DNA of 62,062 bases, counting the filler, from Choristocarpus tenellus KU-1152 (lineage: Eukaryota; Protista; Phaeophyceae), in assembly GCA_964200185.2 (NCBI GenBank). It is 8 parts of 8 records of this genome, joined end to end, with 100 filler letters (N's around TTAATTAATTAA, not from the genome) between each part and the next. Parts side by side here need not be neighbours in the genome. Positions count along the whole stretch, not along the records: positions 1 to 13,775 come from CAXNAD020001368.1; 7 more parts are not named here. The stretch is one strand, 5' to 3'. Both the position numbers and the translations under genes were made by a program. The notes under the pieces were generated by a model. The model saw only the letters and a list, made by a program, of their open reading frames with translations. It was not told where the DNA came from and searched no databases. This document shows, in pieces, positions 1-11,200 of this stretch; the stretch's first letter is position 1, and the number at the start of each line of letters is the position of its first letter.

Positions 1-1399
1 ACCCACCAAAAAAAGTCGCGCCCCCACGGGCAGGTGCCCCCCCCCCCCCCCCCCCCAGATACTTTGAGTCTGGTACTGCACCATGGAGCTCATTGAATAA
101 ATTCACTGTACTATTGCACTTTGTTGATGCAAGACATGAGAGGGACATGTGATTTACTTCCTGTCGAGAAAGCAAACAGATTACCTAGAGGGACCAGTTG
201 CTAGAGAAATGATCATTATAAAGGCTATAAAAAAACTCTTCTCAGGTCCGTACAATATCCCAGGTGCTTGACAATGCCGAGCCAGTGTGTCTTCCACCAA
301 GGAAGTGCCTTGTGCACTCAACTATTCATGCTTACGTGAAAATCATTCGGATGACGGATTTTTTTTTCTTATTTTCTAAACCTTCCCCCCCCCCCCTAAA
401 AGAGGACACATCCACCCGCTTCATCCAAAAAGCTGTGAAGTGTGCAACGTACTCTCTTAGTGGAACATGTACTGGTATCACTTAAAAAGGGTATTTCGAA
501 GAAACTAGCTGGGATACAAAAAATACATGCATATCATGCAATAGAAAAAAGCGGTGTTTAATGACCCCCCGGGTCACTTCCTCTGCTCTTGAAAAATATG
601 GTTTTCTTCCAACATCAGAAAAGTGTTCAACAGTCAGAGGGTAAACATCCTGAATTTCGTAGGGGAAAACAGTGTACGAGAGTTTTCTTTTCAATATTGA
701 AAGGAGAGACCTCCTAAGCATCATGCATCATATGTGGGTGATGTCATTTCAGTGCTGTCTCTAAAAATGTGCGCCCCATTCTCGCAAAACTTGAGGCCCT
801 AGGAAGATTTTTCATAACCTTCTACGGAATTTCGAAGCAAATGCTCACTGCTTATCAAAACAAAAATGTCGGACATCGCATCCTCAAAAATATGTTTCAG
901 TACAGCACAGACTACGCTACGCATCTCCTGCTTCGATAGCCATAGTATATCCTAATTTTTTTCTCCCAAACACTAGCCTTGTAAGACATACAACCATGAC
1001 AGCGACCGAGAGGGTGCGAAGAGTACCCCTGTCCTCACCTTGGGGGGCTACAACCTCATTCGCACGTCCAGCGACACAGTCTGTCAGCTCTGTAGTAGTG
1101 GATGGGCCCAAACTCGTCAGTAATCTAGAGTAGTAAGGAAGCTTAGGGAGATGCACCTTTATTGAGGTAGATTCAATAGGGATTGGGGAGTAGTGGGGAG
1201 TGGGGGGGTCATACTATAATGGTGAGTCGTAAAAGAGGGAATTGTGTGGCCACAATCGCAAACTCGCAGTCTCCTGACGGATTTCCGGGTTCCACTTCTC
1301 ACGTTGACCGCCATCCAGTTTTCCAATTCTTATTTCACTGCATTGATGTATGAATCTAACTTAATCTTCTCTTGCGTCAAATATCTAATACTTGTCAGG

Positions 1400-1760
1400 G
1401 TGCCAGGTGCCAGACCTTCCTTCGCTACAGGACGTGGTTGCCCTCAAGTACAGTCACAAACCAAACGAATGTGCAATACTTTCTTATGTATGTCTTCACC
1501 ATAGCTCAACCTTCTCCACTTAATACCGCCTGAGCACCACATTGTGCGAATCAATCATCAGGCAAAGGTTGTGTGCCGGTGTGTGAGCTGTGTACGATTT
1601 GGTATCCAAGCCACTCCTTGTGCAGGAACATCACAAACTACAAACCTCACCTCTCCCCAACGCTCCTCTCCCGGAAAAGACTTGCCGCTCATGTCGAATT
1701 TCATTTTGCAGACTGAGATATCTCCACTGCAATCGATGGACTCGGTTACGTAAAAATCTA
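1400..1760 (-). mobile_element. Possible decayed copia integrase fragment
   Basis: Interrupted frame CTRSGLDTKSYTAHTPAHN..VELW resembles GI.H..T.PYTPQQN..LW.EA. Confidence 0.2.
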
Positions 1761-2821
1761 ATGGAATATCAACGTATCACTTTCGAACGGGGGAACTTTT
1801 GTCATATTTGTGTTATCTATTTAAGTGCTGTGTGTTGGGCGGGGGTATCGGTTACCTATCACGTTTTTCGTTATGTGATGTTACACAGCTAATGGAAGAA
1901 CCACTATCGTGATAGTCGATGAAAGCAATGGTGATACTAATTGTATGCCTTTCTGACCGTTAGGAGTGTACAGAAAAATTAATATAGGTCAGCATAGTTT
2001 AGGTGGCAGGTACACTTTCCTATCGGAATTGTTGAATAAAAACAGTGGCGTAGTAGTCCATCCAAAAATAATGAATCGAGCATGCCGAATGCATTTGCAA
2101 AGTCTCTGGACCTTGTCCAGCAGATTCAGCAGGTTAGCAATAGCATTGAAGGAGACGAAGTCCACTGATTAAAGAAGGTGGACCTAATTGTTTGCGTCGT
2201 TTATGGCTGAATCTTCCTCCTTTTTAGATGTTACCCTTGCTGGACTGCCTTGTCGATTACTTGAATGGACCTAATGTTTAGTCTCTGTTCGAACGACTCC
2301 TCCCACTATATCGGATATCACTAGTAATATACATGTCCAGTCAGAATAGAAAAGTTACTAGTTGGTTAACCCATATTTCTTGTTTATGATGAATGGATGG
2401 ATAGGAATGACTCCATTAAGGATGGTGTTTTGAGGTTGTACGTTCGTTCCCAGCCTCACCCTAGGGGGTGATTGATTTACAGAACCCACGACAAAAAATC
2501 AAAGTAGTGATAAGCCTTCTTTGTTCAAGCTCTCTTGCGTTCCATCAACAATTTTTTTTTGTACTACTCTATCACAATGTGATCGGTATTTTGAGAAAAA
2601 ACTGTTTGTGAATAGGTCTTGCTATGGATGATGACAACAACAACAAGGGTAATCACTACAAAGATAAACAATAGGGGGGTGTTTTTCATAGAGACTGCTG
2701 TAGTAGTAGTCTTGGTAGCAGTAAAAAAAAACAAGATCTGCATCTTGCATTCCATGATTGGTGTTGTTGTCGAGTCCAAAAACGTACGCCGTAGTGAAAC
2801 AGTAGTGGCAACAGAGCATTC

Positions 2822-3077
2822 GAACCCAAGTATCTAAGGGGGTAGGGTCGCGTCCATTTGGAGGTCAAAATCCAATGTTGCGATATTGATGTAATTTTGG
2901 CTACCGTTTGTTAGGAAGTGTCACTATCCTTGTTCCGGACACACCTTTCATAACGTATACATTTGACCTACAGCGAAATATTTTGGAGTGGAAAAATATC
3001 GTAAAAAACCCCTCAAGAAGCCAAGCCCCAAACGGACAAAAAGGGCAAAGCTCGTACCCTCTAAGATACTTCCACTC
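2822..3077. mobile_element. MITE, about 255 bp
   Basis: TIRs aagtatctaagggggta / taccctctaagatactt; body aligns with 52476-52732. Confidence 0.7.
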
Positions 3078-3997
3078 TAACATCTAACGCTCCATCCATC
3101 ATAATATGAACTGGTGACATGGAGTAGATTTTATATATAGCAGTTAAATTATAACAGAAGCATCCACTGGTCATTGGCAAAAGCACTCCTTCTCTCACAT
3201 AATAATTCAACTATTGATGAACTCTTCAAAGTGTTCAGTGCAGCACTCTGCTTAGACAGTCCTGTTAGAGATCAAGATCCCCGTATCACGAGAGAGTGGA
3301 GCCCACTTTCTATCACACACTGCTCCAACAGTACACATGGTTCAAATGCATAGCAGAACGGGCTCGCAATAGAGCTTGCATGAAGGTTCAAGAGCAAAAT
3401 CAAAAGGGTTCATTAGTGTACATGACCAAACCATAAGTTCAGCAACCACAAGTAACTATGTATATGTGATGCACTGCCAGAGTTTCACACGCATGCATGC
3501 AAACACACCAATGCATACGCTGTCTCCTCATTGCTATACTAGGGAGGATTCTAGGGAGCAGGACACCAAACATTCGTTGGGGGAATAGATTGGTTAGATC
3601 ATTTCTTTTTCGTGACAAAGCAATCATTCTACCCAGCACATCACACACATGAAGCCAATGTGCGACTTACCTTCACATCATTTCTTCACCCTGTCCTACC
3701 CAGGCAAAGCATCTGTTACAAACACAATAGGAGTCTCTGATCTTAAAAAACTCTTCCCGTAAAAAAATGTCTACACACATAGTATTGCTCCCAACAAAAC
3801 ATCACATCACAAAGACCAGACACAAAACCAAAAAGTCTATGTTTGGACGTGTCTGCCAAATATGGGAGGGAAACAAATAGCAAATAACACCTACGCAAGA
3901 TTCTCATAATTTCTTTGCACAATAGTAATGACAGGCCCGTATAGTCTCAGGTCAGAGTGCTACATGCAAGGCACGCCACAGCTCTCGCACCCTCCTC

Positions 3998-4943
3998 TTA
4001 TGCTGCCCCCTCTACCTCTATCTGGTGGCATCGTGCTGCCTTACCCCTTAAAGCACCCTTGGACGGACACTGCTCAAAGCAAGTCACTTCAAATGCTTCA
4101 TCATTTTCACGAGGAAGAGGTGTCTTACCAAAGGAGAACTAGTCATCCAGCGGTATGGACAAGAAGCAAGGACAGACAGACAGACATAGAGTGTGGGTGG
4201 GGGCAGGGAAGATAGCAGGTGATGATGATATCATCCGTTACTTATAAGTTCTTATGCAGAATAGAGTCAGGGAATTTCCACGTGTACTTGGATTCAGTAG
4301 AGTAATAATGGTCCAAAACATAGTGTGCGATAAAATCGGAGGAACTAACACACCACACATGGATATTTACATGCAGACCCAGACACACACACCTACATAG
4401 ATACAATGTACTGGAGAGGATTACGCCTAGGCTATAACTGTACTTCCCCAAAAATAGAAACACCCCCTGTCATTGTAACCTCAGGAAACTCCAAACGGTG
4501 TGTTGAATTTGCCCTTTCGTGTGTACACTTGCATACCATGGGCCAGATATAGGCCCCACGTTTCCCGATATTGATGATTGTGATTGGCTTTGTCTTTTTG
4601 TTGAATCGGGTAGAAGTTTCCCCTGAAAATATTTGAAGGCTTTTGATAGGATGTTAGCAGTATGGACTAGAGTAAAGTACTTGCTTTGAGGGCTCACATT
4701 TCGTGCACCCAAACCCCTTGCACATGCCAGTGTAACCTCAAATGTTGTGGTCTTCTTTTCCACCTTCTCGACAGGCAATGATCTCTGTGTGTGTGCTCCA
4801 AAGTCCCTTCCCCCAGGAGGTTGATAGTGCAAGCTATGCAAGAGTTCTTCAATACACCTTTGAAGAAACACCCACAATCACATTGCTCGCTACTCCCTCT
4901 AAAATAAGAGTTTCCTCAGGAGAGGTTTAGTCTTAACTATGAT

Positions 4944-4984
<41 letters not shown>

Positions 4985-7203
4985 CCACGGACAAAGTATT
5001 TGTTTTAATCAGTGTGATGTACCGCATTATGGTGCTCTTGGTTAAGTACTATACCTGAAAAAGAACGAGCAAGACACTTTGTAAGTTCAACATCTATGTA
5101 GCATTGCCAACCAGTCTAGTCCCTTTATCATTCCCAGACACACACCTGACAGCTGAAATCTTCATAGTTAGGTGTCATCTCAAGGGGGAGGCCCATGTCC
5201 TTCATGAAAAACTCTTCTGTTGGAACCTGGACAATCAATAACCGTCCATATAGTCATAAAATCAAAGGCGGGGAGGCTGTTGAGTCCTAAGGGCCCCCAT
5301 GTCTATCTTGTGGTGTTCGTATTGTGAGTGTGGAGGGTGATCTTGCCGAAAAATATGTTCAAGGCCAATCTTCAATAGTTACACAGCCCTAAGGGGGTTG
5401 ACTGCGTTTCAGGTAATGGGCATGGTGTATAGCCGAAGGTTCGAAAATGTCTTGAAGCTCAAAAAGGGCCAAAATCGATCCTCCTCTTAGACTGTTTCAC
5501 TCACACTGCAAGACATCCACCATTGTGGTGGACATGACTTAACAATTGCAACAATATATTTGGCGCCACTATAGTGTGCTTATATTTCACACAAAATTGC
5601 TTCGAGTCAAATACTGCTTAAAACAAGATTACTTACCAAGGCTCTTGAGCTGCTAAGCATTGCGTGTCCAGTTGGTAGCATAGGTTATAGGAGGTGGGTG
5701 GAGTGTAAATACTTTGCTCACCTTGCAGGTATTCATACATACTGAGGCACATTCTGAAGCCTCGAGGAACCTGCAACGCTCCACCAGCAGCCCTTGCCGC
5801 ACTCCTATTCCACCCCCATCAATCTCAGTATTACAAACAGTCCAAAGTTTGCAGTGCAGGTGGAGGAGGTGAAATTATGTGCAGCTGAATGGGAAAGGCA
5901 ACAGAAGGAGACTCTGAAACAAGTAACCATCAGACATGAGTGCATATTACAAGAAACCAAGGCGAGGGGAAGTTGGAAAAGGATAGGGCGATTCCAGTTA
6001 TACAGGTTTCCAAAACACTTTGCATGCTGTGTTCCTAGTGAGGAATGGCCAACTAGGCGTGCTTACTTAACGGTATGGCACATGCCCCTAGGAGGGATAA
6101 TCTCTCCTTAGCACTTGTGTCCTATCCATTCTGTTCTCTGCTCTTCTTCCTGTGATGCATCTTAATTTTTTTTTTAAACAATCAGCGACACGCTTCAGTC
6201 TCACCTCCACATCATTGACCTCAGACACCCCCATGAGCCACTGTGATGCCACCAATGTAACCCACGCATTCAATTTCGATGAGAACTCTGGGAAGGGTTG
6301 GGAAAACATAACTGCAAATTGACCGGGAAGCCAGGATGGGAAGAGCGACTTCAGTACACGCCTAGTGATTGGCAGGGGGGTGGGGGGTGCACAAGGAGGA
6401 TAAGGGACGGCCAAGCGAGCAGCAAGCGCTTGAAGTGAAATATTGTTTTGATTTGTGATGATACTGTTGTTATAACACTGAATAACCCATCGAATAAGTT
6501 GGGGCAGAGCACTAACCTGGAAGCCTCCTGAGTCGCTCGCTTAGTGGGATACTTTTCATTCAGTGCGCGAATCATCTCCATGAGACCATCGTAACCCTCA
6601 CTGAACGTGTCACCCCCAATCTCTTCGGCAAGCTTAGCCCGGAAGAATCCAAGCAGAGTTCGATCCAAGAGGCGAGTGTCTTCGTACACGGGAGGTTCAT
6701 TGGGTGGCCCAGCCCGGCCTATCACCTGCTCTACATTACGATTGATTTCATGTTGGAGATGCAGTCAAGTCGATTGTCGTGAAGGTATTAACACGAGGAG
6801 AATACCACATGATCTCATTATTAGGAACCACATACGACGGACGTTTACAGAAGTTTGGATAGAGTCAGAAAGTGTTTGCCAGGGCAATAGATCTTGTGCA
6901 TGTGGCAGTCCAATCATCGTATCTGAAAAGAGGCATGTGAGGGGAACAGTCTGACGTAGAGCTTGCCTTTAGTACTGGTCGTATCATGACTTCTACCACC
7001 TTATCCTGATGATCTGCGGAGTTTGCGTCCGACATTGAAGACCAGAGACCCTGTATGGACCACTTTGCACAAGAGTTGGCACACAGTTTTCGAACTTCAT
7101 GTACCTTATCGTGGCTTCTTGGGAGAGACGGAGTCAAAGGCACAAATGCTATAGCATGAGAGACCAAGAGAAGGGCAAGGGATGACATAGTGATGAGAGT
7201 CAT
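3998..7203 (-). CDS. D27: Beta-carotene isomerase D27-like protein (DUF4033), 6 exons, predicted plastid-targeted
   Basis: Phase-compatible exons 7203-7000 (or 6997), 6725-6517, 6361-6205, 5823-5722, 5226-5146 and 4138-3998 (TAA), all with GT..AG introns. Spliced protein contains SLFPSWLP..WLMG..GLLVERCRFLEASECASVCMNTCKVPTEEFFMKDMGLPLEMTPNYEDFSCQFSFGKTP, the D27 family signature. N-terminus SSLALLLVSHAIA|FVP resembles the ochrophyte ASAFAP bipartite presequence. Alternative ATG at 7188. Confidence 0.92.
4949..4981. repeat. (TA)n microsatellite in a D27 intron
   Basis: Read directly. Confidence 0.95.
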
Positions 7204-7390
7204 CCTTTGTCCTCCACTGCCCAAGATTTGAGGGTTCACGGGTCAGTTCAGGATAGGAGCTATGGAGAAGGTAGTGGTTATATTGTCATGTTCAACAACA
7301 ATACAACTAACCCCTTCGAAGTCGTGCAACTCCGCCTTTCACTATACGAACCATACTCACAGGCCGTAACTTAGATCCCTACACTTGAGA
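7204..7390. promoter_or_regulatory. Putative bidirectional promoter between D27-like and proteasome alpha genes
   Basis: 187 bp separate two divergent ATGs; the region is CpG-rich compared with the flanking introns. Confidence 0.6.
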
Positions 7391-10300
7391 ATGTCGCGGC
7401 ACATCTTCGGCTTCATACTGGGAGTGGGAACAGCCTCAACAGTCGGGGCGGTATATGACCGTGCCATAACTCTCTTTTCGCCAGAAGGTCAACTCATGCA
7501 GGTGTCTTCGAAACTCACTTTGCAAGAACACTTCACTACTCCACTCACTTGGCTGCGAAGTCTATATCATTCCTTCTTCGTCCCACCTTAGAATTAATTG
7601 ATCAAGATATGATATTGTGCTTGTTATAACACTGGGAAATCCTCTTGCTTCCAGGTCTCGTACGCGGAGCAGGCTGTGCAGAAGGGATCCCTGGCGGTTG
7701 CAGTTACGAACAGTCGTGATACAATTGCCCTTTGCGTTGAGTCCTCATTGCCTGCAGAGCCTGATGAAGAGAGTGATGGGGAGGAGAACGAAGAAATCGA
7801 ATCTGAATTTGAATTCTATGAAGAGGTACAAAAGAATCCTGTGGACGTTCGACCATAGCTAGGACTTCTTTGACCAATGCGTTGACCGTGGATGTTGATC
7901 GTGTTCCACCTAGGGGTTGAATCGAACCACTTCGGGAGAGGAGTCGACCTTGCAATTCTACATGTTGCAATTGATTCTAGTGTCGTTGATCGAGAACTTT
8001 ACCCTCGGTTATGATGTCTCATCCATGATTATCCTTACGCAGCCCTATTCTCCCATAGTGAGCTTGACAACGCGCTAACCCCCCTACCTCTATCCACGTT
8101 GCTCGATCACTACCCCAGGGTGTATCAAATGTAGAGGAGGAAGGGAGGGATATATCGACGAATCGGGGCGTTTGGGGTCTTCCCGTAACGGCTGGAAATG
8201 CTGCGGGGCTGAAGGCCGGGGGACACATTGGTGGAGGTGTGGTGGACGATGCTAATAATCAAGACAGAAAGCTGTGCGAGGTATGGTTGTTCCTTTAAAG
8301 GTGCTCAATGTCTACGACGAAGTTATCCCTGCTAGCCTGGATGCGTACGCGGTTCTATTTTTCTGATCAGTACAAGAGCATTGTTTGAGGGGTGGCCGGA
8401 CACAGGGTCATTTTTATGGTGGAATCAGGAACAAGTACAAAGTACCAGTGTTGAGTCAGATAGGACGTGAAGGTTTACCATGCACAAACAACATATCAGT
8501 AATTTGTGTTGCACTTTCGGCTTGTCATTCTACCCCCTGCTTCAGGAAGTCAAGCACCATGTCACTACACTCTCTCCCCGTTGCTGAGGGTACTTAATTG
8601 AGAGGGAGTGCAACAATGAGGAGTGACTGGGTTGATCTAATGCCCAATTTCTGCAAGAAGAGGCAACATTATGCATGTGTGGATCCATCTGCATCGCATA
8701 GGTTGCATCAATCTCCACTCCCTCTAATTTGGGAGAGTGCTCCCAAAATTTGAGTGCGTATTTCTGTATGAGTTATCCATCAAACTCCAACACCTTGAGA
8801 TGGACACTTTGCACCTCCTGGATAAGAATGAGTATATTTCCCCCTCAACTCAGCATCATACATCCAGTTACCAATACCCTCACTCCCCTGCCCTGTCTAC
8901 CCGTAAACACAGTCACGTTTCACTTTGATTTCCCCCTATGCAACCCACCACAAACATCAGTGACCACATGCTTGTTGGGTGCTGGAAGGTGGATGAGGGG
9001 GTCTACCTCGCTTTTGCAGGTCTGTCTGCTGATGGAAGGGTGCTCTCATCCAAGATCCGACATGAGTGCCAGAGCTACCGTTATGGCATGGGGGCGGCCC
9101 CCACCGTAGAACACATTGCCAAGTATGTAGGTCAGTGAAATTCAAATACATGTGCCTTGATAAGTGGGAAATCAATTGGCCCATTGCTGATGGGGAATGA
9201 AGTGGGGGATTGAGTGCTGGTGTCTCACTACAAAGTACAGTGCACTTGCTACTGATGCTGTGACTGGAAGACTATGATTTGATACTCTTGCCTCTTGTTG
9301 GCTTGTGCTCATATTTGCCATGGGGCTCTTCTTGCATGCCTCAGCCTCAAACCACACCCACCAAATAAATCTCTTGAGGGTATTAATCTAGCATGCCCTG
9401 ATTTCCAATCCCCTTTATTGCAATAATGATCTCTAACCTATTATTTTTTATCACGAAATGACGGCAGCTCTCAATGCCCTACAACACTATTCCGTTTCGA
9501 AAGAGATGTGCTTGTTCCTGCTCCCTCGTTGCTCTCCCTAGCATGTGTGCTCAACATGCCTATAATGTGAAACCAAGTGAAAAAAACTCTTCTCAATTCC
9601 CCCTTGCTTCATGTCTTGCCAGCCTATCCCCTGTGTATCCAGACCAAGTACATCCCTTATTGCCGTGTTGTAATACACACAATTGATACATACAAAGACT
9701 GAATTTCACTCAACATGTTGTAAGGCTCAATACTGGTGATGCTTATTCTGCCCTGGTCATGCTCCATGTGTGAAATCTTTGAAATGACTGCCGCTACTGC
9801 TTCGATCCACAGGTAGTTTGCAGCATCGTTACACAAGGACTGGAGGGGCTCGTCCGCACGGGGTGTCCTGCCTGATCGCAGGTTTTGATGAGGATGAGTG
9901 CCCCCGTGTATTTCTGTCAGAGCCATCTGGGGCATTCGCAGAGTGGACCGCATCAGCAGTTGGACGAGGTTCTGAGAAGGTTTGTTCATGACTCACTTTT
10001 TCCCATTGCTCTTGTTGTTATAGTTTGATTCAAGTACAGAATATACTTTGAAAGCTTTAGAGTTAGTTGCTTACAGTTCTGTGTTGTAGTGCAGTGCTAT
10101 CTTGAAAGTACTTTCAAGGCTTTCCTTTTGTGTGTCGTTTCACAGTGAGGATAAGTGCCTCTATCGGGATGTACCCCATGAAGGCCTCTATTTTAAATGA
10201 AGCAGGAACAAGGTTATCCTACCGTGTGTGGTTTTGAGCCCTGCCCGCGACTCTGTCGTAGGTTGCTCATCATGCCAGTGGCAAGTTTTCGGGAGCTTTT

Positions 10301-11200
10301 TTAAAATGTGTTGGCAAGTCCTAATTCTTGCTGAGTTGCGGTCCTTTAGAACACAAAACAGGGTCAAGGTGCCGCACGCAATTCAGAGATTTTAGAGGTT
10401 GATGATATTTTCATCCTACTCCGTAGCTAGATTACTAGATTTAGCAGTAGCACTAAAATTTAGGCACTTTATGCTACCCTATTTCAAATCAATTTTGCAT
10501 GTTATGCCGGTACCCTCCCTTCAAAATCGACAATCCCTAGGAATGCAAATGGACCTAGCTGAGGAAGTGGCTCAGCCTCCTTTGTTTTTTTGTCCAGTCA
10601 CACTCATGGTAATGTCCTAAAGTATCTCCTTTGGGCGTTTCCCCCACAGCAGTGCTATCCTTGTGTAACTATGGCGTTGTTTAGTCGCTGTTGAGGTAAC
10701 AAAACATCTAAAACATTTCATGTCGATTGCAGAACATCCCTACATTGAGGAGTATTTTGACCTTCTTGTTTAATTCTTGACTACTTGTTGAAGTGAACAC
10801 ACACTCACAAATTTACTCCCTTTTACACCGCACATGGTGCTGCATTGCATAATTATTAAATGATCCTCTGCACCCATGTACATAACATTTCAATCCCTGA
10901 TGATGATGATCCAAGCAGGCTTTGGCTAGCTTGGAAAAAGACCTCAACCTGGAGAGTCTGGATAGTCGGGGGACTGCTGAGGCAGCTGTGAGGGCTACAC
11001 TCACGGGGAAAGCAACAGATTGCCAAGTGCTCTTGTTGCAGAGGCCTCCATCAGAGGCAGCAGAGCTTGGGGACTTGGGGGATGGGGGGACAGAGAAGAG
11101 GGTGAGGGTGCGAGAGGGCAAGGGAGTGATGGCACGAATGCTGATGGGCTCCTTAGATGGTGATGGGAAGGTAGCCCTTGCTGAGAAGGTCATGAGGTGA
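7391..11200 (+). CDS. Divergent 20S proteasome alpha subunit (alpha type-7/alpha4-like) with N-terminal hydrophobic extension, 6 exons, about 344 aa
   Basis: Phase-compatible exons 7391-7501, 7655-7825, 8119-8280, 8989-9130, 9813-9979 and 10919-11200 (TGA). Motifs [63 protein letters not shown] and LQHRYTRTGGARPHGVSCLIAGFD..SEPSGAFAEWTASAVGRGS are collinear with alpha-7 subunits. Confidence 0.9.

Noticed and set aside
90-724. hAT transposase remnant (LGGRHTG; VAHFTAFW)
   Set aside because: Only two short motifs in broken frames; insufficient without a search.
7826-7858. Premature stop making the proteasome gene a pseudogene
   Set aside because: The stop lies after the GAG|gtacaa donor at 7825, and the spliced frame is open through 11200.
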